64,000 bases of DNA from Podarcis muralis (GCF_964188315.1 NC_135666.1:18228001-18292000); one strand, 5' to 3'; numbered from the stretch's first letter, positions 24,601 to 36,465 are shown. Translations and numbers: made by a program. Notes: a model not told the origin generated them from the sequence alone.

Positions 24601-25084
24601 AATTGACAGTGCAAGATGTGATCTAGCAGTACTGTGTTAGTGCTTCATTCCAAGCATGAGGGAGGAAAACATTGCATCAGAGCTGAAATTATTACGCTAT
24701 TAATATTCAAACCCACCCCACAAACAGCATCTGGCATTGTTATATGGCTACAATATCCTGGATCAGCGTGTGACGTGAGTGGGAACATCACAGATAACGA
24801 CAGCATAGCAGTGCAGAAATCATGGCATCTAATCTTAAATGCTAATTTGCCAGTGCTTCAGCTAATCGGATCGTGTTGCAAGAGCATTTTAAGGATCAGA
24901 TGATGCTTTAGCCGGTTCTTAACAGCATTAATCCCCTAATTAATGGAATTTATAAAACAGTTGCTTTTAGCAAAAGGTAGAGAGGGCCTGCATTTGTTGA
25001 GTGTAACCAGTTGTTACACTCGCCACAAAAAGGTCTTAATGGTGGGAAATATCACTTAACAGCTAAAGCATGATTAATGTATTA

Positions 25085-25149
25085 TACATTTGATGTTAGC
25101 TGCTCTGAGCCCGGTTTTGGCTGGGGAGGGCGGGGGATAAATAATAATA

Positions 25150-25190
<41 letters not shown>
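25085..25190 (+). mobile_element. L2-type 3' terminus with (TAA)/(TTA)n tail
   Basis: gctctgagccc...ggagggcgggggataaataa followed by (TTA)n. Confidence 0.6.
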
Positions 25191-25191
<1 letters not shown>

Positions 25192-25516
25192 GAACCGGGG
25201 GCGGGCGGGTGTCATAAATTCAACATAAACTGAACCCTGAACATTATGGTCAAGAAGTAATCTTTTTCTTCAACAGCCAATGATAAAGAGTAACTTCAGT
25301 AAAAGGGCAAGGCCAGACAAATTCCTCCACTGTGAGAATGTGCGGGATTTTTGAAGTTTCAAGTTGTAAACAATTAAAGAGATACAAGAATTATGGTGTC
25401 GGTCTTTTCAAGAAATGGCATGAGAGAGAGGATTTGTTTTATTGCAAGCTGGAATCATCCTAGCCATCTCCAACTAGGAAATCTCCAATAGTTGTGACTG
25501 CAAAATTAAAGATAAA

Positions 25517-25873
25517 AAGGTAAAGGTACCCCTGCCCGTACGGGCCAGTCTTGACAGACTCTGGGGTTGTGCGCTCATCTCACTCAAGAGGCCGGGGGCC
25601 AGCGCTGTCCGGAGACACTTCCGGGTCACGTGGCCAGCGTGACAAAGCCGCATCTGGCGAGCCAGCGCAGCACACGGAACGCCGTTTACCTTCCCGCCAG
25701 TAAGTGGTCCCTATTTATCTACTTGCACCCGGGGGTGCTTTCGAACTGCTAGGTTGGCAGGCGCTGGGACCGAGCGACGGGAGCGCACCCCGCCGCGGGG
25801 ATTCGAACCACCGACCTTTCGATCGGCAAGCCCTAGGCGCTGAGGCTTTTACCCACAGCGCCACCCGCGTCCC
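25517..25873 (-). mobile_element. Sauria SINE, full length
   Basis: Near-identical in reverse complement to 54731-55094. No clear TSD seen. Confidence 0.93.
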
Positions 25874-28800
25874 ACAAGATACACAGTGCTATATGCCTGT
25901 TTGAGAGACAAAGATTTATTTCCCTTGCATCTTTTGATCCACACCAAACCTTGAGGTACTGAACCTGAAACAAGTTTGTTGGTATCCAATTCAGAGAAGC
26001 AATGCAAATAATTAACAAAAAAAGACACATGGTTATATATAATCTTATATATCAGAAAATATTTGTATATTGCTGAGCTATCAAAGTACAACAAATACCA
26101 ACATTTCTTTCGATTTATTTGACACATATTACATTGCTTATCTACTGGGGTTAATAGTCCCACATATAAACACACTTGAATAACTCATTAACTGAGTAGA
26201 GAGCTCAGGCTAGGCCACACCCTCACCTCTGCTTTCATTCAAAATGAACCCTGTGAACACACTGGCTTTCAGCCAGGGGTCAAATCAAGTCAAGTGTAGA
26301 TTATTTCGCAAAAAGAAATCTTACACAAAACAATTATTTTTTAGAACTGTCATTTTACCTTGAAAAGGTACAAAATAAATACCACACAGCACTCAGCACA
26401 TCTTGTCAGATGGTCAGATTTATTTTTTTTATTAGCGTGTCATAAAATTGCTAACCTGGCCAGTTCTGACGTTGCAACATAAGAATTAATCACTCTGAGG
26501 GCATTAGGAATGCTCATTAGTTACTCATCTGTGGCAAAAAAAGTCTAATAATAATAATAATAATAATGTGTTTTAATTGTCTCAACTTTAGCCAACATCC
26601 ACACACTATTAAGAAACAATAGTCTATCGATGCAATATTTCAAATCAAACCAATGCACATGGGGAAATAATGTGTTAAAATAAAATCTGGTGTATGAAAA
26701 AGTTGAAGCTACCAGTTTTCCTTTTTTTTTTTTAAGAGAAACACATGTGTGGATGGACGCACTTTTAAAAGAACTGACAAGATTCCAATTAACTAATGCA
26801 AAGGACACCCACTTGACTGGCAAGTCAGGATTTCCCAGACACTTTTCAAATAGCTCTCTGACTCTAGCACAAGTGTTATTAATCCATTATACCAATGTCT
26901 TGTCAACCCATGCAAGGGAAGGCATCAGTAAAGACTGCCACAGAAGAAACCTGCCCAGTATCTGTGACTGTCTACATTTCTCAGTGAAATTTAGCACAAA
27001 CCAGAACAATTATCCCATGATACTAATTCAGGTCTGATGGACCGCAGCTTGTTTCTGAAACTGAATATAGACAGATTCTCAAGGCTATGGTTTGTATCCA
27101 GCGCTAGTCATACTTAGAATAGACTCAGTTAATGAGTAGAAGCCAGAACAAAAGTTAACAAACATGAGTCCATTACTTTCAATGGGTCTACTCTTGAGTA
27201 GTTAGTTGGTCACAACCCTACCAATTTGATTGAACTTGGGAGGCCTGTATACTGCAAGAACCCATATATGTCCACAACATGTTGTGAAGCCCAAAAGGAT
27301 GGCATTCTTAAATATTACAGGCTTTCCCACAGATATACAGACTTGGGGGGGGGGGGGCGAGAACCCCATAAAAGGCAACACAAAAATGAGTGAAATTTGT
27401 CGCCTAGGAACACACTGCACCTTAAACAAAAAGTAACTATGGGATTTTGGGGGGGCGGGGGGGTTGAAAGGCTTTCCCTTCTAGAGTATGAGGAAAAATA
27501 CTGATGGGCTCCAACACATGACGGCCTCCAAAAAGTCATCCCCCAGAGCGGCATGATAACATCCAAAAGCTTCTTCCGTCAAAAGCAAGAGCAACATATG
27601 CTAGCATTTCCCACAACAGAATGACAGTGATGCTCACATGTGGATGGATGAACAGCATGAGGTAAAACAACAAAAACAAGAAAACCCCACAGTATTTTGA
27701 CGCTGCCACTTTCAAATGAAAGCGCCGGAGGCATGAGCTACACGAGAGGAAAAAATAAAATTTCAGTCAGTAATGAGATGGAGGGAGGAAAGGCACACTC
27801 CAGTCCCTTTCCTAGCCCACTAAAACAGTCTTCCCCAGCCTAGTGCCCTTCATCATCGGAGTTGTAGTCCAAAAACCAGCAAAGTGCACCAGGTTAAGGG
27901 ATAAATTAGGCTACCCTAGAAACACACCCTGAGAACCATCTCACAGTGTCCATGGGACCACAACAGTATTTTCAAGGTCGTCTTCAGTTTCTCTTCACAA
28001 AAAGGCGGTCAGGGAGGAAAAGACCTAGAGCTGCCCCTTCTCCTCCCTTCAAATACTGGCTATTTCTCTTAGTAACTCAAGGTCACACACATTCCTCTGT
28101 GAACTGGAGTTGGGAAACAACTGTTGGATATTCCCTTCCCTTCTTACACAAAACACTTGAGAAGATTGGGAAATGGGCAGAAATTACTGCATTGTCCCAA
28201 GACCTCTTGCTCACAGACTGGTTAGTTCTCTTCCCCCTTGGTATGGTGGCAGGGCAAAAACTGTGAGCCTCCAGATGTTTAGACTCCGATTCCCATCAGC
28301 CCATAGCTGTCAACTTTTCCCTTTTTTTAAGGGAAATTTCCTTATTCCGCATAGAAAAGGGGGAAGTTGACCACTATGCATCAGCCCCGTGCCAGTACCA
28401 TCAGCCCCTGCCAGTACGGTCAATGGTCAAACATGGTCGTAGCTGCAGTAAAGCTGCATCTATGGTGCATGGGGAAAGAATGTGCTTACCTTGTGCCACC
28501 CTAGAAGTTGTAGGTTTTGTTTATGAAGTAAGGTTGGCCTAGCACAATGTACCACAAAACTGCACCATCCAGTTCTGCGGTACAGTTCTGGCTAGGTCAG
28601 CCTAGCTTCCCCAAGAAAATGAGAAGGGCGAGGTGAGAGACATTTTCCCTTCGCAACTCTGCTGAAGAGACCAAGGGAAGTGACCTGGACCCCAGGCAAA
28701 TTGTGGGACCTGCTCCATGACAATTGCTTCAAGAAAGTCTTTGAGCACAGGCATGTCCTCCCCGCGCACAGCTATGTCCTCCCCGCGCACAGCTCTCAAC

Positions 28801-29786
28801 AAGAGAACATGGCTCCAGCGCTGACCCACACACAAAAAGCATGAGCAGCATGTGGAGACTCACTAGTAGCCCATGAGGAAATATTTTTTTTTAACCAAGG
28901 CATATTTCTTAGGTTGGAAGTTTGAAAAATGGTCCACACCTGTCATCAGGATTTCAGGAGCTAGAAGAGACATATTGCCCCAGATGGCCTATTCCACCAT
29001 GGCTGGGCCATTCTATCTACTACCAACTGCTCTGTGACAGGAAGGATCCTGGTTACTTTTTATATGTTGGTGCAGTTTACTGTGATTTTTAAAAACCCCC
29101 ACAAACCATCACAAGCTGCCTTGCAAGGCTTTGCATCCTGAATATAAATACATGCAATAAATAAACAGAACTAAAACGACGGGAAGGCCTCAAACCTCTA
29201 ACTCTTTGGTGGCCTCTGCTAAAGGATACTTGAGACACCCAGCAGTGTCCCAAATCAAGCCCTTTCCCCAAGGCTCTGTCATTAGGCAAGGGAGGCATAT
29301 TTTGCTACCTGAGGTGGGGGGAAGGTGGAGAAAAAATATCAAAATGCAATCCTCTTATGCAACAGACCATCTGCAACCCTTAATAGAACCCCCAAAATCT
29401 GACACCTCAGGTGGCTTTCTCCTCATCACGCTTAACGGCAGAGCCTGCCCGAAGAGCAATCAGCACATGCTCAGAGGCTACCCCTCGCTTAACACAGACA
29501 CACCCCCAAAACATGCTATGGGGCGCTCTTCCGCATTCCTTCTTCCGGGATGCCGATCTCTAGCTTGCAAAGAATCGAATTGCAAAGAAAGACCGCTCCA
29601 AGGCTCAAGTTTTTATTAAGCCGTCTTTGGAATGTTGCTTGTTGCTTGACGCGTGCAGGAAGGCTTTCCCACGTGCATGAAGGGGGGTAATCTCTCTCTC
29701 TCTCTTTTCCCACATGCACGCCGCAAAACCCCGGGTCTCGCGCGGTTGTGGGCGAGGGAGGGGGCGAACAGGGGGTCTCTCCTTAC

Positions 29787-29940
29787 CGTCGATGTTCTCC
29801 CTGTCGCTGATGTGCTGCAGGTTGCATCCCGTGTCCTCCCGGCTCAGCTCGGTGTCGGGGCGGTAGGACTCCAGCCGGGAATGGGCATTCCTCCGCAGCT
29901 TGGGGCTGGACGACACGCAGCATGAGGTCGTGTTCCCCAT
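29787..29940 (-). CDS. CCNY: Cyclin Y, coding exon 1 (154 nt)
   Basis: [51 protein letters not shown] matches the vertebrate CCNY N-terminus as I recall it, and differs from CCNYL1 (MGNTLTCC). Kozak context gcggagATGG, donor G|GTAAGG at 29786, Gly2 myristoylation and Cys7/Cys8 palmitoylation motif, and CREM-CCNY gene order as in other amniotes. Confidence 0.97.
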
Positions 29941-30247
29941 CTCCGCCGCCCGTGGAAAGAGGAGGAAGGAAGGAAGGAAAAAGAAGGGAAGGAAGGGTGA
30001 TGGTGGAGGAGGAGGAGGAGGGAGGCAGCAGTCACCAGCGACGTCGAGAAGCCATCAGCGTGCTGGGAAACGGCAAGCGCCGCTGCGGGGCAAGACGACG
30101 GTGGCGGCGGCAGCAAGCGAGGCTCCCGCCGGCCGCGTTCCCCGGCGGCTGCTGGGGTGCCCCGAGGCTCATGCAAGCCGCCTTGCCCCGCCGCGCGGCT
30201 CAGTCCTCGTGCCCAGGCAGGCGCTGCTGCAAAGCCGGGCTATGCCT

Positions 30248-30271
30248 CTGCTGCTGCTGCTGCTGCTGCTG
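30248..30271. repeat. (CTG)8 tract in the CCNY CpG island
   Basis: Direct reading. Shorter CAG/CTG runs near 30330, 30360, 30530 and 30588. Confidence 0.9.
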
Positions 30272-31483
30272 CAGAGCCGCAGCCCCATTGCCCTCCGCCG
30301 CTCCGCCGCCTCTTCTTCCTCTTCCCAGCAGCAGCGGCAGGAGGGGCGGGCTGGCGGCAGCAGCAGCAACACCGCAGCCTTTTCTCCCCCAGAAGCGGCA
30401 GCAGAAGCAGCAGCAGCGAACCCCGAGGCTGCCTTTTGCAAAAAGGGGAAAAAAGAAGCGGGGGGAAGCAAAGGGGGAAAACGGTTCCGGTTCAAGTGGG
30501 TGGGAACGCCGGGCTCGCTCGCTCTCGCTGCTGCTGCTGCTGCCAGACAAACAGGGCAGGCAGGAGGCAGGCGTCTGTTTCTTTAAGCAGCAGCAGCGCC
30601 TCTTCTGCTCGCTCCTCCCGTCGGGGGAAGCCCGGCCCGGCCGCAGCCGAGCGGGAGAGGGAGGGGATCCCAGCCGCGGGCGGAGGGAAAAGCCCCCTGC
30701 ACGGCAAGGAGCGAGAGAGCCGGCCGCGGCCAGAGACAGCACCGCCTTCCTCTTTTCTGCCGGCTGCCCTGGAAGGAATCGGGCCGGAGGCTCCTCCGCG
30801 GCCGGGATCCTCCTCTGCGTGGCTCCGCTGTGGGAGGTCTTCTGCTCTGCTTTCGCTTTCCTCCCCCCTCCCTGAGCTTCGTTTTGGAAGTGACAAGCTG
30901 AGGGGCTGGGATAACCCGCGCCCCTTCTGGTTTAGGGGTTAGGAGGGCCCGAGCCGAAAGACGCTGCTAAGGGAACAAGGTCTTGTGTTCGGGTCTCGGC
31001 ACCACCAGTGCCCCAAATGAATGTAAAGGCTGGCTTCCAGCGGGGGCGGGGGGGGGGGCGTTATTGGATACCTGAAAGTTTCCGGGCAGGGGAGCATCAA
31101 CACAAATCTGCAAATGCGCATTTATAGGATGCGGACTTGGCATGGCACGGAAGGCAAAGCCAATCCCTGTAAATACATTATTTAGTTTGAACCCCACCCT
31201 AGATCACCCCAAATCAGCTTCTCTTCAATTCATTTTACCCCCATTAATTTCTCTCTTTTGCAAATCAATTACCGGTACACTATCTCCCCCCAATTCATTA
31301 CCCCTGCAAAGTTAAGTAAATTGATTACCCAAAATTTATATCCTACCCAGTAACCAAGATCGCACGCACACAAATTCAGTTTCTCCCAAATTCATAACCC
31401 ACCCAGATATATTCAAGTGGGCACTCAGAAAGATGGGGGGGGTCATGCCCCATTTGGGTCCATGCCCACCCCAGGTATACCTC

Positions 31484-31491
31484 TGACGTCA
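31484..31491. promoter_or_regulatory. Perfect palindromic CRE (TGACGTCA) ~1.55 kb upstream of the CCNY ATG
   Basis: Exact motif seen; function untested. Confidence 0.4.
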
Positions 31492-31536
31492 AGCAATGGG
31501 GCCTCACCTGGATCACCTAGTCCTAGGAGAAAGCAT

Positions 31537-31888
31537 AAAGGTAAAGGTACCCCTGCCCATACGGGCCAGTCTTGCCAGACTCCAGGGTTGTGCGCCCATC
31601 TCACTCAAGAGGCCGGGGGCCAGCGCTGTCCGCAGACACTTCCGGGTCACGTGGCCAGTGTGACATCGCTGCTCTGGCGAGCCAGAGCCGCACACGGAAA
31701 CGCCGTTTACCTTCCCGCTGGTAAGCGGTCCCTATTTATCTACTTGCACCCGGGGTGCTTTCGAACTGCTAGGTTGGCAGGCGCTGGGACCGAGCAGCGG
31801 GAGCGCACCCCGCCGTGGGGATTCGAACCGCCGACCATGCGATCGGCAAGTCCTAGGCACTGAGGTTTTACCCACAGCGCCACCCGCG
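31537..31888 (-). mobile_element. Sauria SINE, lacking a few 5' bases
   Basis: Reverse complement of the head and (ACCTTT)n tail. Shares the gcatgg variant with the 8982 copy. Confidence 0.93.
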
Positions 31889-32803
31889 CATTCTCAAATA
31901 CAGGGCCATCCCTACCATAAAGCAGATTAAGACGGCTTCCTCAAGAGACAGATGCCAGGCATGTCAAAAGTTCCCTAATTCCCTTAAACTAGCCTGCTCT
32001 GCACATCCTAAGTCATCCCACTGCCTTCAGATACCTTGGAAGATGTTGTTCCACTGCCCATCTTGAAATAACATTCAGTGAGAAGGGGGCGAGATTTGAT
32101 TCAGCTTGTATTAAAGGCAAAGCTACCTAATGTCCACTTTCTGAAATAAAATGCAAACCGAAACATAGCCATGCTTCAAAACTCACTCTTCAGATTACAT
32201 ATACCAGGATAAAGGCTGTATAAGTTTGCATATATAAGTGAATCTAACATACAAAAATGCTTTATAGTAAGGAAAGTTACTTTGCAAAAAAATTGCCTGT
32301 TAGGGAATGAATTTTCAGGAGGACCTTTTTTAAAAAAAAATAAAAATAAAACGGTTGTGAAAATGCAGAAAATTTAAGACTGGAAAAATGAGAAAATGAA
32401 AGAAACGAAAACTGTTAGATTTGTCTGTCTTTAAATTCAGCTGCCACAGTGCAGTTAGATTCTGTATGCGGAGGTGGGGGTGCCATCCTGTCCTTAGCCT
32501 CTGGCACCAAAATGTATTGGGCTGGCCCTCTTCAAAAATGCAGTGCTTTTCTATTTGGATTGCATGTGTCACATCCTACCTTGGGAAGCAGGCTCTGTTG
32601 AGGCCTGGTTCAAATTATGCTTCTTCAGCATATAGCGCACGCATGCATACCCTTTGACCGCACATTATCTGGTTAGCAACCCTTTCAGGAGTTAGGAGAT
32701 CCTGAATCACAGCAATTGTTGGCAGTAATTTTCCTCTTCTTAGTGTGCAGCCAAAGCTTCCTGTGGCTGTTGTAGGATGTGGTTGTTTTGTATTTTTTAA
32801 ATG

Positions 32804-32805
<2 letters not shown>

Positions 32806-32837
<32 letters not shown>
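32806..32837. repeat. (GT)16 microsatellite
   Basis: Direct reading. Confidence 0.95.
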
Positions 32838-32839
<2 letters not shown>

Positions 32840-33377
32840 AAAAGGTTTTATTTCATTAGCTAGGGGGAAATCCCTTATTTCATTTGAAAGAGAGTTCCAT
32901 GCTGAGTTCTGGACACCACATCTGAAGAACAGTGCTAACAAACTGCATTGTGTCAAGAAGAAAGGGAAGCAGGATTATCTGGAAACTTAAGTCTTTTGAA
33001 GATTGGTTGGACAAGTTGAGCATGTTTAGCCTGGAGAAGATCAGATTAAAGGGTAGTCTCTCTGAAGGGTGGTCACCCTGCAAATGGAGCAGGTTTGTTG
33101 TTTGAGGGCAGGAATAGGCCCAGTGAGTGGAAAACTGCAGGCGTTCAGTGAAACATCTTAACAGCACAGGCTATTTGAGGGTGAAGCAAATGGCATTGGG
33201 AGGTGGAGGGCTCTCCTTCACTCTTTGATCTTGCAGCCATAGTAGCTCCAGAACTTCTGACTGGTTGCCAAGGGGACACATCCACCAGCACTGAAGAAAC
33301 GTGGAACTTTCTCTTGTTGGTGTGCAAGTCATAGTTCCTACATGCACAAATGGGTGGGGTGTTTCTTGTTATTGTTA

Positions 33378-33995
33378 ATGTTGTTGTTGTTTAGTCATGT
33401 CCAACTCTTCGTGACCCCATGGACCAGAGCACACCAGGCACTCCTGTCTTCCACGGCTCCTGCAGCTTGGTCAAACTCATGTTAGTAGCTTCGAAAACAC
33501 TGTCCAACCATCTCGTCCTCTGTCGTCCCCTTCTCCTTGTCGTCCCCTTCTCCTTTCCCAACATCAGGGTCTTTTCCAGGGAGTCTTCTCTTCTCATGAG
33601 GTGGCCAAAGTATTGCAGCCTCAGCTTCAGGATCTGTCCAGTGAGCACTCAGGGCTGATTTCCTTCAGAATGGAGAGGTTTGATCTTCTTGCAGCCCATG
33701 AGACTCTCAAGAGTCTCCTCCAGCACCATAATTCAAAAGCATCAATTCTTTGGCGATCAGCCTTCTTTATGGTCCAGCTCTCACTTCCATACATCACTAC
33801 TGGGAAAACCATAGCTTTAACTGTACGGACCTTTGTCGGCAAGGTGATGTCTCTGCTTTTTAAGATGCTGTCTAGGTATGTCATCGCTTTTCTCCCAAGA
33901 AGCAGGCATCTTTTAATTTTGTGACTGCTGTCACCATCTGCAGTGATCGTGCAACCCAAGAAAGTAAAATCTCTCACTGCCTTCATTTCTTCCCC
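33378..33995 (-). mobile_element. RTE/Bov-B LINE, 5'-truncated
   Basis: ORF 33627-33986 gives DFTFLGCTITADGDSSHKIKRCLLLGRKAM...ELWCWRRLLRV. (TTG)n tail at 33378-33390. Confidence 0.94.
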
Positions 33996-35744
33996 TTATA
34001 CTGGCTACCAATTCTGGACTCCATTAAAAGTGCTAGTTTTGGCCTCTAAAGACCTTCAGAGCCTGGTACTGAAGGACTAGTGCTGTAGTTAGTAATTATA
34101 GAGTCTAATGGAAGAGGACTATTTAGACTGTGATGTGTTTACTCATCTTATTTCAAACTGTGATACAAGTTAACCCTCTTGCCTTTGGAAGCCCCTCCTG
34201 TGAATTCTGCTGAATGGGGCACTGCACTTCTGCCTAAAGTCCTGCCTTTACAGTGTCAAGAGGAAGGATCACCTCTCACAGCTGAAACTTGTGTCAGCAA
34301 CCAGTTGTTTAAATTAAGGACAAGGTGGGGATTTTGTGGCCCTCCAGATATTGGACTCCAACTCCCATCAGCCCCAGCCAGTATGAGCAATGGATTGTGG
34401 GAACTGTAGTACAATGACATCTGGAGGGCCACTGGTTCCCAATCCCTGATTTAGGGTCTGATGCTTGTTTCCGTATTTATTTGTGTTTTTTTGTTGCTGT
34501 TTGGCTTTCATCTGGTCATATGATTTGTGTGCCACTTTGAGATTTCCAAAAGCAGTTTATAATCTCTAAAATCAATCTGCCAGCAAATGCATTTCTGCCA
34601 ACACAAGTCAACACAAAAGAATGTTCAATAAAAAGGGGATTAGTTGTCACCTTATGTCTTTGAAAGCAAATGTCACACACCTCTGCTGCTGCTACTGATT
34701 TTAACAGCTGACCCAAATAAATGTGGGAATTAAATGTCAGAAAGGCATGCTCCAGCTTTGGTGGTGATAAATTAATTCATTTCAGCCAAACCAAAAAAGT
34801 GGGATGCTTCTGTAAAAATGGTCATCATGTGAGCCACTGTCAAACAAAGCCTCTTCACTGTGCCATGGTTGGCTTGCTTAAAGGGTTATTGAATGGCGAT
34901 ATTGTTTGGCGCATTTCGTTCAGTTAGAGACCACTTACTATATAGATTGCTGCTTACGTGCATGAGCATCCCTATTCTCCGAAGAGCTCTCTGCAGAAAA
35001 ACGGGAGCATCACAGAAGTCCAGAGGCTGCAGGGTGGCCCACAGGCTGTATTCACATGAACAAAAAAAAGAATTGTATTCAAACTAAATGGAGAATTGTA
35101 TTTAACCTTTCTTCCCCTAAACCACACTGGAACAGAGCCCAGACCATTACTTTGGAAGTCTTAAATGAAAACGAACAGGGACAAGCCTTAGAAATGCAAG
35201 TTACTAGTCCAGAATAAGGGTATATCGAGGAAGACTGAAGTGGTGGTATATTCACTGCCGCAAATCATAAGCATGTCAAGCAGCTGGTAAGCAGCGCCAG
35301 GATGGAAACCTGTTGCTTTTGAAGGAGCTGTGATTTACGGTAATCTCCTCCCATTCACTGGCCTGATTCTGCAGATCAACAGAGTTCAGCAGGCTACATC
35401 TGTGAGAGAGGGTGGACAGCCTTGCAGAATATAGCATCCTGCCAGTACTCAAACTGCAGTAGGTACATTTAGAAAAGTACCGTATTTGACAGCATGAAGC
35501 TGGATAGTGTGACAGTAAGAGAACAGATGTGTGTATGTTGCGGGGGGCGGGGTGTAATAATAATAATAACTATGCTTTTTCATTATATCTCCTTCAATAT
35601 CCCGTCAACATTCTAGCAAATCCATTTCTAAATGTTTCTCTTTTTAAAATTCCTGCAGGTGTAATTCTTTTAGTCTATTTCTTCTAGTATTAACATGAGT
35701 AGTCAACATTTATCGATAAGTTAAAGTCATCATCCCATGCATAG

Positions 35745-36078
35745 TAAAGGTAAAGGGACCCCTGACCATTAGGTCCAGTCGTGGCGCTCATCTCGCTTTA
35801 TTGGCCGAGGGAGCCGATGTACAGCTTCCGGGTCATGTGGCCAGCATGACTAAGCCGCTTCTGCTGAACCAGAGCAGCACACAGAAACGCCGTTTACCTT
35901 CCCGCCGGAGCGGTACCTATTTATCTACTTGCACTTTGACGTGCTTTCGAACTGCTAGGTTGGCAGGAGCAGGGACCGAGCTACCGGAGCTCACCCTGCC
36001 GCGGGGATTCGAACCACGGACCTTCTGATCAGCAAGTCCTAGGCTCTGTGGTTTAACCCACAGCGCCACCCGTGTCTC
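35745..36078 (-). mobile_element. Sauria SINE (same subfamily as 18023) with an internal deletion
   Basis: 14-bp TSD catc(c/g)catgcatag (35731-35744, 36079-36092). Confidence 0.92.
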
Positions 36079-36282
36079 CATCGCATGCATAGAATCTAAG
36101 AATTGCAGAGTTGGAAGGGACCCTGTGGGTCATGTAGCCCCACCTCAATTTCAGAATCTCGAACTAAAGCATCCCTAACAGAGGGCCATCCAGTTATATT
36201 AATATCAGTTATATTAATCACTCCCAGACAAATCAGCCTTTGCTGAAAGGGTTCTGAGTAACGCATAAACATAGGAGACTGT

Positions 36283-36465
36283 GGGAGGGCCACTGCTCAG
36301 TAGCAGAACATCTGCTATAAATGCAGAAGGTTCCAGGTTTAATCACTGACATCTCTAAGTAGAGCTAGAAAAAGACTCCCTGTCTACAGCTCTGGAGAGC
36401 CTCTGCCAGTCAGTGTCGATAGATGTACAAATGGTCTGACTTGGCAGATATTGCGATATTCCTAT
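36283..36465 (+). mobile_element. Old tRNA-derived SINE
   Basis: Head gctcagtagcagaacatctgct...gcagaaggttccaggtttaatc. Similar heads near 37935, 39846 and 48940 (minus). Confidence 0.45.

Larger units (their letters stand above)
29700..31060. promoter_or_regulatory. CpG island: CCNY promoter, 5' UTR and exon 1
   Basis: Sharp rise in GC and CpG content around the CCNY start codon, in non-repeat sequence. Contains GC boxes and (CTG/CAG)n tracts. Transcription start not determinable from sequence. Confidence 0.85.

Noticed and set aside
1-29786. CCNY exon 2 (expected DLNMEFNPSDHPRASTIF...)
   Set aside because: Not found by eye or in the ORF track; probably beyond position 1.
29900-30942. Long plus-strand ORFs (228, 317 and 261 aa) across the CpG island
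   Set aside because: All three frames are open, low-complexity and unlike any protein I recognise. Stop codons are simply rare in GC-rich DNA antisense to the CCNY leader.
30929-30948. Telomere-like TTAGGG pair or G-quadruplex
   Set aside because: Only two units and three full G-tracts, which is ordinary for a CpG island.
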